From an uncultured Flavobacteriaceae bacterium (GTDB lineage: Bacteria > Bacteroidota > Bacteroidia > Flavobacteriales > Weeksellaceae): a stretch of DNA of 64,000 nt. The stretch is from contig CAUQMH010000001.1 in the NCBI GenBank assembly GCA_963519075.1, positions 26,438-90,437 on the forward strand. The letters are read 5' to 3'. Made by a program: the position numbers and the translations under genes. Below the pieces are notes generated by a model. That model was not told the origin of the DNA. It made no database searches and saw only the letters and a program-made list of their open reading frames with translations. This document shows, piece after piece, positions 30,106 through 39,215 of the stretch; within the stretch, counting starts at the first letter, position 1; the number at the start of each line of letters is the position of its first letter.

Positions 30106-30714
30106 ATGAAAATAAAATCTGTTTCCTTCGTAAAAAGCAGCCAAAAATGGCAGGACTGCCCAGAGCCGAACCTCCCAGAATACGCTTTCATCGGGCGGAG
30201 TAATGTAGGAAAATCCTCTCTGATAAACGCCCTGATGAACCAAAAAGACTTGGCTAAAACTTCGCAGACACCAGGGAAAACACAGCTTATCAATCATTTT
30301 TTAGTCAATGAAGAATGGTATCTTACCGATCTTCCCGGCTACGGCTACGCAAGAGTTTCCAAATCACAGAGAAAAGATTTTGAAAAGCTGATTACGAACT
30401 ATATTCTCAACAGAGAAAACCTCGTTCATTTGTTTGTTTTGGTGGATATCCGCCACCTGCCACAGAAGATAGATTTGGAATTTATAGAGTGGTGCGGAGA
30501 AAACCAAATTTCTTTTTCCATCATCTTCACTAAATCAGACAAGATGAAAACCCAAGCTGCCGCAGAAAAAAGCGTCGCGGAATACAAGAAAATTCTTTTA
30601 GAAACTTGGGAAGAACTACCCAATATTTTTGTCACTTCAGCAGAGAAAAAACTGGGCGGAGAGCAGATTTTGGATTTCATAGAAGAAACCAACAAAATCA
30701 TTTCTGCTAAATGA
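30106..30714 (+). CDS. engB: ribosome biogenesis GTP-binding protein YihA/YsxC (EngB)
   Basis: 202 aa. G1 motif [13 protein letters not shown]3 motif DLPGYG and G4 motif TKSDK. Confidence 0.9.
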   Translation: MKIKSVSFVKSSQKWQDCPEPNLPEYAFIGRSNVGKSSLINALMNQKDLAKTSQTPGKTQLINHFLVNEEWYLTDLPGYGYARVSKSQRKDFEKLITNYILNRENLVHLFVLVDIRHLPQKIDLEFIEWCGENQISFSIIFTKSDKMKTQAAAEKSVAEYKKILLETWEELPNIFVTSAEKKLGGEQILDFIEETNKIISAK

Positions 30715-30917
30715 AATTCATAGAAATTCTTTATTGGCTGTTGATTGCTTTATGCCCAATAATAGCGACCAGTATTATCAGTTTCTTCATATGGAACTTA
30801 TCCGAGTCTTTATTATGGTGCATCATTACTGAAGGATGTGGGATTTTAGCGGGAATATATTTAGCAGAATACATTAGGAAAAAATATGGTTGTTCTATAA
30901 TTTCTACTCCAAACTAA
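30711..30917 (+). CDS. hypothetical small membrane protein
   Basis: 68 aa with two predicted TM helices. Its start overlaps the engB stop (ATGA). Confidence 0.4.
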   Translation: MKFIEILYWLLIALCPIIATSIISFFIWNLSESLLWCIITEGCGILAGIYLAEYIRKKYGCSIISTPN

Positions 30918-30945
30918 TGAACACCTCAGATTTAGATGAAAAACC

Positions 30946-31248
30946 ATGAAAAATAAAAAATTATTACTTCTATCTTTTAGCATAAATCTAGTATATGTAC
31001 TACTAGGGACTATGGTTGTACTCGTAAGTTTCCCTAAATTCCAAACATTTGGCTTCAGCCACGAACACCCTCTTTGGTTGCCTTTGGTTATTTTTACCTT
31101 ACCTGTGAATATACTTTTATTTGGTTTAGCAATGGTAGATTTATCTTTTTCTTCGATTTTTATACTACAAACCATTGTATTTCTAGTTTGTTGGGGAATA
31201 ATTCATCTAATGATAAAAATATTATTAAGTATTAGAAATAAAACATAA
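30946..31248 (+). CDS. hypothetical small membrane protein
   Basis: 100 aa with three hydrophobic segments. No family recognised. Confidence 0.4.
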   Translation: MKNKKLLLLSFSINLVYVLLGTMVVLVSFPKFQTFGFSHEHPLWLPLVIFTLPVNILLFGLAMVDLSFSSIFILQTIVFLVCWGIIHLMIKILLSIRNKT

Positions 31249-31270
31249 GTATTTTTATTCTCTATTTCTT

Positions 31271-31975
31271 CTAAAAAACATGAAAATCTCTCGTAAGTTG
31301 CAGATATTCATCTGAGTAGCACCGTGGTGAAACTTCTAAAACAAGCTCTTCCTCCTGAAGCTCTCCCTCACAAAAAGAAAACTCCAGCACACAGCGTTTT
31401 GCTTCTGCTTGTGGAGTGCCGCGAACAACTACTCTTCGCCTAAGTTTCAGTGCAAAATCTGCACATTTTTCTATAAAAAAAGCCTCCGATGATTTTGGGA
31501 TAATCACCGAAAACAATCCATTTTCCGAAAGTAATGCCGAAGAATTCTGTATCAACTGTTCAAAATTAAGTTCCACCTGCTGCCGCGCCAAAATATCTTT
31601 TTGAGAGGAATCCATCTGCTCAAAATAAGGCGGATTGGAGAGAATTAAATCAAATTTTTCTTCAAAAATATAGTTTTTAAAATCAAAAAGTTGGGTTCTA
31701 AGTCTGTCTTTAAATGGTGAATTGCTAAAATTCTGTCCTGCCAGCTCTACCGCTTTTTCATTGATATCAATCACTAAAATCTCGGCTTTGGGATTTCGCT
31801 GTGCAGTCATCAAAGAAATCAGCCCTGTTCCTGTGCCCACTTCCAGCACCCTGATAGCCGCCTCACAAGACGCCAAAGCACCAAGCAAAACACCATCTGT
31901 TCCCACCCGAAACACATTTTTGTCCTGCAAAATGCTGAATTGTTTAAAATGGAAAGGTTTCATCCTTTGAACCAT
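31271..31975 (-). CDS. tRNA (adenine-N6)-methyltransferase, YfiC/TrmN6-like
   Basis: 234 aa. SAM motif LEVGTGTGLISL and NPPYF motif (LILSNPPYFE). Confidence 0.7.
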   Translation of the reverse strand: MVQRMKPFHFKQFSILQDKNVFRVGTDGVLLGALASCEAAIRVLEVGTGTGLISLMTAQRNPKAEILVIDINEKAVELAGQNFSNSPFKDRLRTQLFDFKNYIFEEKFDLILSNPPYFEQMDSSQKDILARQQVELNFEQLIQNSSALLSENGLFSVIIPKSSEAFFIEKCADFALKLRRRVVVRGTPQAEAKRCVLEFSFCEGELQEEELVLEVSPRCYSDEYLQLTRDFHVF

Positions 31976-32718
31976 TTAGAATATTTCATAAAACCATTTA
32001 CCGCCCATAGACAAGTGTAATACAAGGATTTCACCACCGAAAATCCCATAAACTCTCTATAAACCAAATATTGGTCTTTTATGATATCTTTTTTCTTTCG
32101 GGAAACACTGCCTTCGCGCATTCTGTATTTAGCCAAAGTCTCGCAGAGAGGCTTTCCTACAGGGATTTTCTTTAACAAATTCAGCCACATTACATGGTCT
32201 TCCCTCTTGCTTCCTATCGGGAAAAAGAATTTTCCCACCCGCTGACTGTCATACATGGACGATAGCAGAGAAAGGCGACAAGTTTTCAATAAATTATCAA
32301 AAGTGACCTCTATATCTGCCTGAAAATCTTTGAGGATGGGAACTAAATGTTCATCACATCGGGCATAGCTGGAATAAGCTAACTCAGCTTTATTTTCTTC
32401 CATAAAACCTATCATTCGTTCCAAAAACAAAGGCTCCCAATAATCATCACTATCCAAAAAAGTAATATATCTTCCCAACACTCTTTCAAGACTTTTGTTC
32501 CGTGCGTTTCCTGCGCCGCCATTTTGTTCGAGGACTTGCAGTTTTATTCTTGGGTCGTTATATTTTCTGATGATTTCAGCGGTATTATCACTTGATTTAT
32601 CGTCAGTAATCAGCCACTCCCAATCCTGAAAAGTCTGAGCAAGGACAGACTTTATGGTCTCTTCTATAAACTCAGAAGAGTTGTAGCACGGAGTAATGAT
32701 GGAAACTTTCGGTGTCAT
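31960..32718 (-). CDS. family 2 glycosyltransferase
   Basis: 252 aa. VSIITPCYNSSEFIEETIKSV...DDKSSDNT and a DSDD motif. Confidence 0.8.
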   Translation of the reverse strand: MTPKVSIITPCYNSSEFIEETIKSVLAQTFQDWEWLITDDKSSDNTAEIIRKYNDPRIKLQVLEQNGGAGNARNKSLERVLGRYITFLDSDDYWEPLFLERMIGFMEENKAELAYSSYARCDEHLVPILKDFQADIEVTFDNLLKTCRLSLLSSMYDSQRVGKFFFPIGSKREDHVMWLNLLKKIPVGKPLCETLAKYRMREGSVSRKKKDIIKDQYLVYREFMGFSVVKSLYYTCLWAVNGFMKYSKWFKG

Positions 32719-33363
32719 TTATTTTTCAAACATTTGTCTTGTGATAAAATCTTTTTCTAAACTCCAGTTCCTTGCTGGAGAATATTCTCTTCCGTAGGAA
32801 ATAATCTGCAGATGTAGTTTATTCCAATCTTTCTGAGGGAAAAGTTTTTTGGCATCGGCTTCGGTTTGGATTACATTTTTGCCTTCTGTCAATTTCCAAA
32901 GTTTCATCAGCCGATGAATATGCGTATCCACAGGAAACGCTGGGAAACCAAACCACTGGCTCATCACCACAGAGGCGGTTTTGTGCCCTACACCTGGAAG
33001 TTTTTCTAATTCCTCGAAAGTCTGCGGCACCACGCCTTCATAATCACTGAGCAGCATTTCTGCCATGCCTTTTAGGTTTTTGGCTTTGGTGTTAGACAGA
33101 CCTATTTCTTTTATTAAATCCTTTATTTCTGCTACTTCCAGCCTTGCCATGGCTTGTGGCGTTCCTGCAACTCGGAAAAGCTCAGGAGTGATTTCGTTCA
33201 CTTTTTTATCCGTAGTCTGCGCCGAAAGAGCCACCGCCACCAACAGCGTATAGGCATCTGTATGGTGCAGGAAAATAGGAACTGTGGGATAGAGTTTGTC
33301 CAGCTCTTTTCTCACAAAATCGGCTCTTTGTTTTTTAGTCATTCTCAAAATGATTTGTGGCAA
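32719..33363 (-). CDS. nth: endonuclease III-like HhH-GPD DNA glycosylase with no Fe-S cluster cysteines
   Basis: 214 aa (or 207 aa from Met8 at 33342). HhH motif LPGVGHKTASVV with the catalytic Lys, and VDTHIHR with the catalytic Asp. The protein has zero Cys residues. Confidence 0.8.
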   Translation of the reverse strand: MPQIILRMTKKQRADFVRKELDKLYPTVPIFLHHTDAYTLLVAVALSAQTTDKKVNEITPELFRVAGTPQAMARLEVAEIKDLIKEIGLSNTKAKNLKGMAEMLLSDYEGVVPQTFEELEKLPGVGHKTASVVMSQWFGFPAFPVDTHIHRLMKLWKLTEGKNVIQTEADAKKLFPQKDWNKLHLQIISYGREYSPARNWSLEKDFITRQMFEK

Positions 33364-33402
33364 AAATAATGAAATAATAACATTTTTTTAATAAAAAATA
33401 AT

Positions 33403-33419
33403 ATTTCTATTGTAGAAAT
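33403..33419. promoter_or_regulatory. perfect palindrome ATTTCTA-N3-TAGAAAT at the nikR promoter
   Basis: 7-bp arms lying 5 nt upstream of the -7 box at 33424-33431. Candidate operator. Confidence 0.3.
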
Positions 33420-33423
33420 TTCC

Positions 33424-33431
33424 TATATTTG
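33424..33431 (+). promoter_or_regulatory. -7 box TATATTTG upstream of nikR
   Basis: Exact TAnnTTTG match 27 nt upstream of ATG 33458. Confidence 0.45.
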
Positions 33432-33457
33432 TTATAGTTTTTTTAATACTATTAACT

Positions 33458-33859
33458 ATGGGTATTGTTCGTTTTGGTGTTTCTCTAGAAGAAGACCTTT
33501 TGGAAGCATTAGATAAATATGCTGAGGAGAATTTGTTTAAAAATCGTTCTCAAGCCATCAGATATCTGATTAACAAGAGTTTAGTCTCAGAAAAATGGGA
33601 CAATGATGCCATAGTGGCGGGCTCTATCACTTTGGTGTTTGACCACCATAGAAGGGAATTGGTGAATAAACTGACCAACATCCAGCATAGATATCATGAC
33701 AATATTTTGTCTTCTCTGCACTTCCATTTGGAGCATGATTTGTGCATGGAGATTATCGCTGTGAAAGGAAAATCTTCTACTTTGATAGAACTTGCCAACA
33801 GTCTAATTTCTGTGAAAGGAATAGAGCATGGAAAACTTACAGCTACAAAAGCTGATTAG
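33458..33859 (+). CDS. nikR: nickel-responsive transcriptional regulator NikR
   Basis: 133 aa. N-terminal ribbon-helix-helix (VRFGVSLEEDLLEALD...NRSQAIRYL). The C-terminal domain aligns by eye with E. coli NikR, including the Ni ligands (HRYH, HFH, DLC). Confidence 0.85.
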   Translation: MGIVRFGVSLEEDLLEALDKYAEENLFKNRSQAIRYLINKSLVSEKWDNDAIVAGSITLVFDHHRRELVNKLTNIQHRYHDNILSSLHFHLEHDLCMEIIAVKGKSSTLIELANSLISVKGIEHGKLTATKAD

Positions 33860-33876
33860 TAAAATATTTTAAACAT

Positions 33877-33912
33877 AAAAAAGCAGAAACATAAATTTCT
33901 GCTTTTTCATTT
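33877..33912. terminator. bidirectional terminator between nikR and the convergent gene
   Basis: Hairpin agcagaaa / tttctgct with flanking A and T runs. Confidence 0.6.
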
Positions 33913-34287
33913 TTAATTTCCTTTTATTTCTGGCTGTTCCATAGGTGGCGGAGGCGGCATTCTCCTTTCATCCTTTTTCTTTGAGTGGCTGGATTGCCAT
34001 TTTTCATACTGTTCAGGCGTCAGGATTTTTTTGAGTTTTCGCTGGTGCTTCTCATGAAGTTTTTCCTTGTCCGCTCTGTGCTCTTTGTGGAGTTCTTCCA
34101 GCTGTTTTGTTTGTTTTTCAGAAAGATTGAGTTCTTCTAATCTTTTTGCTCTGTCTTCTTTTCCTTTTTCCATTTTTCTTTGTTCTGGACGATAGCAGCC
34201 ATGTTCCTTCGGAGCTTCTTGTGCTGATGCAAATCCAAATGCTCCGACTAGTGCTAAACTTAAAACTAATTTTTTCATAATGTTCAA
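33913..34287 (-). CDS. periplasmic LTXXQ-motif protein (Spy/CpxP/ZraP-like)
   Basis: 124 aa. Signal peptide (GFASAQ), a charged helical body with LSEKQ and LTPEQ motifs, many His and Lys residues, and a PPPPP tail. Confidence 0.5.
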   Translation of the reverse strand: MNIMKKLVLSLALVGAFGFASAQEAPKEHGCYRPEQRKMEKGKEDRAKRLEELNLSEKQTKQLEELHKEHRADKEKLHEKHQRKLKKILTPEQYEKWQSSHSKKKDERRMPPPPPMEQPEIKGN

Positions 34288-34391
34288 ATTTTTACGATTT
34301 TCTATTTGTTGGATTCGTTTTTCTAGTCAAGGTTAAGTCCGTGAAAGTTAAACTTCTATTAAGTTTTCTTAAATTTCTTCTAAAGAATCAC

Positions 34392-34399
34392 TATCTTTG
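34392..34399 (+). promoter_or_regulatory. -7 box TATCTTTG upstream of the DPP4 gene
   Basis: Exact TAnnTTTG match 26 nt upstream of ATG 34425. Confidence 0.45.
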
Positions 34400-34424
34400 G
34401 GCAACTTTCTAAAATTTATCTAAA

Positions 34425-36566
34425 ATGAAGATTTTATATCAAAAACTAATCTCTTGTGTCGTTTTTAGTGTTTTTATACTGAACTCCGCTCAGGAAATCA
34501 CTTTAAATAAAATACACTCAGGGTATTACAGAACCGAGTTTATCTATGGGATAAACTCCATGAACAATGGAGAACACTACACCGTTTTGGAAAAAGATGG
34601 AATCATAAAATATTCCTACAAAACAGGAAAAAAAATAGAAACCATCTTAGAGGCTAAGATACAGGACTATACATTTTCTCACGATGAAAGCAAAGTACTG
34701 GTTCTGAACGAACAACAGCCCATCTACCGCCATTCTTTCTTAGGAAAATACCATGTAGTAAATCTAAATAAAAATGGAAAAATAACTGCCCTAAACAACG
34801 GAAACTGGGTTCAGGAACCTAAATTCTCTCCTGATGGAAGATTCGTTGCTTTTATCTCTGGAAATAATCTTTATTACCAAGATCTCAGCTCTGAAAAAAT
34901 CACCCAAATCACTTTCGATGGTGAGAAAAATAAAATCATCAACGGACTGGCAGACTGGGTGTATGAGGAGGAATTCGGGCATGCAGATATGTACCAATGG
35001 ACAAAAAACAGCGAAAGTCTGGTTTTTGTGAAATTTGATGAAAGCCAAGTAAAAGAAATGAACATGCAGGTTTTCAATGGAAATCTGTATCCGCAGGATT
35101 TTCGTTTCAAATATCCGAAAGCAGGAGAAGAAAACTCAAAAGTTTCGGTATACGCCTATGATTTAAAATTGAATAAATCCACGCAAATCAATCTTACTAA
35201 CTTTGAAACTTATTATATTCCACAGGTTTTCCAGACTGCGCTGCCAAATGAAATTGCGATAGCGACTTCCAACAGACATCAGAACAAACTGGAAATCATC
35301 AAGATAAATACTAAAAACTATTCTACCAAGAAAATCCTGACCGAAACGGATGCTGCTTGGATAGAAACGGACAATCTTTCTTTGGAATTTTTGGAGGATA
35401 ATTCTTTCCTTTGGGCTTCGGAAAGAGATGGTTTCAGACATTTTTATTGGTACACGCCTGATGGAAAACTCAAAAAACAAATCACCAAAGGCAACTGGGA
35501 AATTACCGACTACTATGGTTTTAACCCAAAAAATTCTGAAATCTTGGTGCAGACTACCGAAAAAGGCAGCACCAACAGAGTGGTGAGCAAAATAAACATC
35601 AAAACAGGGAAAAAGCAGATAGTTTCTGAATTAAATGGAACTAATAATGCTGATTTCAGCAAATCTTTCCAATATTTTATCAACACGCATTCTTCTGCAG
35701 AACAGCCGAATACTTACACTTTGAGGGATTTTAACGGCAAAACTCTGCGAGAATTACAGAATAATAATTCAGCGCTTAAAAAACTGCAATCAGATGGTTT
35801 CGTAAACAAAGAATTTTTCCAAATTCCAAACAAAAACGGCGACCAGATGAACGCTTGGATGATAAAACCCAAAGACTTCTCGCCAAACAAGAAATATCCT
35901 GTGCTGATGTACCAGTATTCTGGGCCTGGCTCACAACAGGTAAGCAATGTTTGGGATGGCAGAAACACAATTTGGTTTAACCTTTTGGCTCAAAAAGGAT
36001 ACATTGTGCTTTGTGTAGATGGGCGAGGAACAGGCTATCGTGGAACGAAGTATAAAAAAGCTACTTACAAGAATTTAGGAAAATACGAGATAGAAGACCA
36101 AATCGCTGCTGCACAGTGGATTGGCTCACAGAGCTTTGTAGATGCTGGGCGAATTGGGATATTCGGATGGAGTTTCGGAGGATATATGGCAAGTCTGGCA
36201 ATGACCAAAGGAGCAGATATTTTCAAGGTAGGAATCGCTGTGGCACCAGTAACCACTTGGCGTTATTACGATACTATCTATACTGAAAGATATCTGCAAA
36301 CTCCACAAGAAAACCCACAAGGATACGACGAAAACTCGCCTATCAATTTTGCTGGTCTAATGAAAGGGAAATACCTGCTAATCCATGGAACAGCAGATGA
36401 CAATGTCCACTATCAAAATGCAATAGAAATGGCGGAGGCTCTTATTCAGAAAAACAAAGAGTTTGAGTTCATGACCTATCCAGACAAAAACCATGGAATT
36501 TATGGTGGAAACACAAGACTACATCTACACCAAAAGATGACAGATTTTATTCTAAATAATCTATAA
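34425..36566 (+). CDS. S9B-family dipeptidyl-peptidase IV
   Basis: 713 aa. Signal peptide, DPP4 N-terminal propeller (DWVYEEEF motif), and catalytic GWSFGGY, D and H in the C-terminal hydrolase domain. Confidence 0.9.
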   Translation: MKILYQKLISCVVFSVFILNSAQEITLNKIHSGYYRTEFIYGINSMNNGEHYTVLEKDGIIKYSYKTGKKIETILEAKIQDYTFSHDESKVLVLNEQQPIYRHSFLGKYHVVNLNKNGKITALNNGNWVQEPKFSPDGRFVAFISGNNLYYQDLSSEKITQITFDGEKNKIINGLADWVYEEEFGHADMYQWTKNSESLVFVKFDESQVKEMNMQVFNGNLYPQDFRFKYPKAGEENSKVSVYAYDLKLNKSTQINLTNFETYYIPQVFQTALPNEIAIATSNRHQNKLEIIKINTKNYSTKKILTETDAAWIETDNLSLEFLEDNSFLWASERDGFRHFYWYTPDGKLKKQITKGNWEITDYYGFNPKNSEILVQTTEKGSTNRVVSKINIKTGKKQIVSELNGTNNADFSKSFQYFINTHSSAEQPNTYTLRDFNGKTLRELQNNNSALKKLQSDGFVNKEFFQIPNKNGDQMNAWMIKPKDFSPNKKYPVLMYQYSGPGSQQVSNVWDGRNTIWFNLLAQKGYIVLCVDGRGTGYRGTKYKKATYKNLGKYEIEDQIAAAQWIGSQSFVDAGRIGIFGWSFGGYMASLAMTKGADIFKVGIAVAPVTTWRYYDTIYTERYLQTPQENPQGYDENSPINFAGLMKGKYLLIHGTADDNVHYQNAIEMAEALIQKNKEFEFMTYPDKNHGIYGGNTRLHLHQKMTDFILNNL

Positions 36567-36568
36567 TT

Positions 36569-38221
36569 ATGAAAAACAAACATCCAAAAGGTTTGCCTTA
36601 TCTCTTCTTTACAGAAATGTGGGAAAGGTTCGGCTATTATTTAATTTTAGGAATCTTCGTGTTGTATATGATTGATGCTGACAAGGGTGGTTTGGCCTTT
36701 GATAGCAAACATGCTGATGACATCTTCGGGACATTCATTGCCCTTACCTACCTTACGCCTTTTCTTGGCGGGTTTCTTGCGGATCGACTGCTGGGATACA
36801 TCAAGGCAATTTACATAGGCGGGGCGCTTATGGGACTGGGCTACATTGGTTTAGGACTTTTCAAAGATGTGTCCATGTTCTATGTATCCATGGGGCTGAT
36901 AATCATTGGGAACGGATTCTTTAAACCAAGTATTTCTACACTTTTAGGAAATCTCTATTCTGATGACAAGTATAAAGCCAATAAAGACGCAGGATACAAC
37001 ATCTTCTACATGGGGATAAATATCGGGGCTTTTGTATGTAACATCATTGCGGCCTATATGAGAAATAAATACGGCTGGGGCGAGGCTTTCGTGACGGCTG
37101 GTGTAGGAATGTTTTTAGGGCTGATTATTTTCTCTATTGGTAAAAAACATGTCGTTCATACCAATGTGATGAAACCTGTCCAAGAGGGCGATACCACTAT
37201 CAGTTCCATCTTGGTAAAAGTGTTCCTTCCTGCCATCATCGCGGGAGTTATCGGCTGGGTAATCCCTGGGAATATCTTTGGGTCGGACTCTACTGATGCC
37301 TTTATATTTGCGTGTATTCCTGTTATTTTATTCTATGTTTTTATTTATGTCAGCGCAAATGCAGAGGACAAGAAACCTATTGGAGCCTTGCTGGCGATAT
37401 TTGCGGTGAGTATGATGTTCTGGGCTGTATTCAAACAAAACGGAACCGCCCTTACCCGCTGGGCAAATTACTACACAGACAGAAGTGTTCCTGCTGCTTT
37501 AGAAAAGCCGCTGGAAAGCATCTATTTGGTTGATACAAAAGACTACAATACAAAGGAAGTTGCTGTTCATGACAATCAGTTCCAAACTGTAAAAGGCGAA
37601 GATGGAAAACCTAAAAAAGAACAAGGAAAAGATATTTATTTCAAAAATATAAATAAGGAACAAAGAGCCGAGCTGGAAGCCAATCCAGACAAGAAAGTAT
37701 ATCTCTACAATACAGAGCTATTCCAGTCTATCAATCCTTTCTGGGTCATCGCCCTTACGCCAGTGGTGGTAGGATTCTTCATGATGCTTCGTAGAAAAGA
37801 CAAAGAGCCTTCTACTCCTACAAAGATAGTTTTGGGATTATTCCTATCGGCTCTCAGCTGTCTCGTGATGGTAGCTGCTGTATATACAGGAGAAAATGGT
37901 GCTTCCAAAGTATCACCGCTTTGGCTGTTTGCCGCTTATGGAATCATCACAATAGGCGAACTCTGTCTGTCTCCTATGGGACTTTCTTTGGTTTCTAAAC
38001 TTTCTCCACCGAGAATTACAGCGCTGATGATGGGAGGATTTTTCCTTTCTACATCGATAGGAAACAAACTCTCTGGTATACTAGCAAGTATGTGGTACAG
38101 CTACGAAGACAAGGCCAATTTCTTCTGGGTAAATTTCGCCCTGCTGCTCATCGCTACTCTACTGGGAGTAGCCATCCTAAAACCACTAAATAAAGCCATG
38201 AAAGAAAAGGGCGTGAAATAA
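36569..38221 (+). CDS. proton-dependent oligopeptide transporter (POT/PTR2 family)
   Basis: 550 aa. N-terminus HPKGLPYLFFTEMWERFGYY and GGFLADRLLG PTR2 signatures. Starts 2 nt after the DPP4 stop. Confidence 0.9.
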   Translation: MKNKHPKGLPYLFFTEMWERFGYYLILGIFVLYMIDADKGGLAFDSKHADDIFGTFIALTYLTPFLGGFLADRLLGYIKAIYIGGALMGLGYIGLGLFKDVSMFYVSMGLIIIGNGFFKPSISTLLGNLYSDDKYKANKDAGYNIFYMGINIGAFVCNIIAAYMRNKYGWGEAFVTAGVGMFLGLIIFSIGKKHVVHTNVMKPVQEGDTTISSILVKVFLPAIIAGVIGWVIPGNIFGSDSTDAFIFACIPVILFYVFIYVSANAEDKKPIGALLAIFAVSMMFWAVFKQNGTALTRWANYYTDRSVPAALEKPLESIYLVDTKDYNTKEVAVHDNQFQTVKGEDGKPKKEQGKDIYFKNINKEQRAELEANPDKKVYLYNTELFQSINPFWVIALTPVVVGFFMMLRRKDKEPSTPTKIVLGLFLSALSCLVMVAAVYTGENGASKVSPLWLFAAYGIITIGELCLSPMGLSLVSKLSPPRITALMMGGFFLSTSIGNKLSGILASMWYSYEDKANFFWVNFALLLIATLLGVAILKPLNKAMKEKGVK

Positions 38222-38230
38222 ACCGAAACA

Positions 38231-38262
38231 AAAAATACCACTTATCGAGTGGTATTTTTTTT
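38231..38262. terminator. bidirectional terminator between the POT and EamA genes
   Basis: Hairpin ataccact / agtggtat with a T-run. It overlaps the EamA stop codon. Confidence 0.6.
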
Positions 38263-39156
38263 ATTTTCTCTATCCGAAATGTATGCTACAATAAACACCG
38301 TGGATAATATAAACGCAAATCCTATCGCATCCAAAAAGGAAAAAGAATTTCCTAAAAACACTACAGAGCATATCGTAGCCACTACGGGTTCTATACAGGC
38401 TATCATACTTGCTTTCGTAGGGCCTATAATTCCTACTCCTGACAGATAAAACAGAAACGCAAAAATACTTCCCAAAAGGACAATCAGCAATAAAAATACG
38501 ATTACTACAATATCTACCTTCACGGGCTGTTCCCATGGTTTCGCTGTGATAGAAAGTGCAATTCCACCGATAAACATTCCCCATGCGATGACCACCGCTG
38601 TTCCATATTTCTTTAAAATCTCAGCTGGCTGCACCGTATATATGACCAAAGTAATCGCCGAGAGCATTCCCCAAAACAGCGCCACAGAAGAAACCTTCAA
38701 AGTGTTCATATCTCCATGCGTAGCCAGAATAAACACACCCAAAAGAGATAAAAACAAAACAACTACCTCATATGGCTTTGGTTTTCTTTTTTCTTTAAAA
38801 CAAACATAAAGTAAAATAAGTGTAGGCCCAAAATACTGAAGCACCGTAGCAATACCTGCATTAGAATGCTGTATCGTAGTGAAATAGGTATATTGTGTTC
38901 CCAGCATACCAAAAACCCCGAAAACGAACACCCTTATCAAATCTTTAGTATTTCTAAAAATATCAAAGATTTTATTTTTATCCTTGGCATAAAGATAAAT
39001 CAATAAAAAAATCCCTGCCAGCAAAAGCCTGTATGGAGTCAGCCAGTCAGAAGTTACCCCTTTCTGCAAAAACAAAAACTCCGCAAAAGCCCCATTTATA
39101 CCCCACAGTGTAGCACCAATAGTAGTATAGATAAATCCCTTTTTTGATTGATTCAT
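38242..39156 (-). CDS. EamA/DMT-family transporter
   Basis: 304 aa with 10 predicted TM segments arranged as two EamA-like halves. Confidence 0.8.
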   Translation of the reverse strand: MNQSKKGFIYTTIGATLWGINGAFAEFLFLQKGVTSDWLTPYRLLLAGIFLLIYLYAKDKNKIFDIFRNTKDLIRVFVFGVFGMLGTQYTYFTTIQHSNAGIATVLQYFGPTLILLYVCFKEKRKPKPYEVVVLFLSLLGVFILATHGDMNTLKVSSVALFWGMLSAITLVIYTVQPAEILKKYGTAVVIAWGMFIGGIALSITAKPWEQPVKVDIVVIVFLLLIVLLGSIFAFLFYLSGVGIIGPTKASMIACIEPVVATICSVVFLGNSFSFLDAIGFAFILSTVFIVAYISDRENKKNTTR

Positions 39157-39215
39157 TTTATTTTATTATTCCTAAAATTATTTTATCTAAATATATGGTC
39201 AAAATAAAAATTCAT

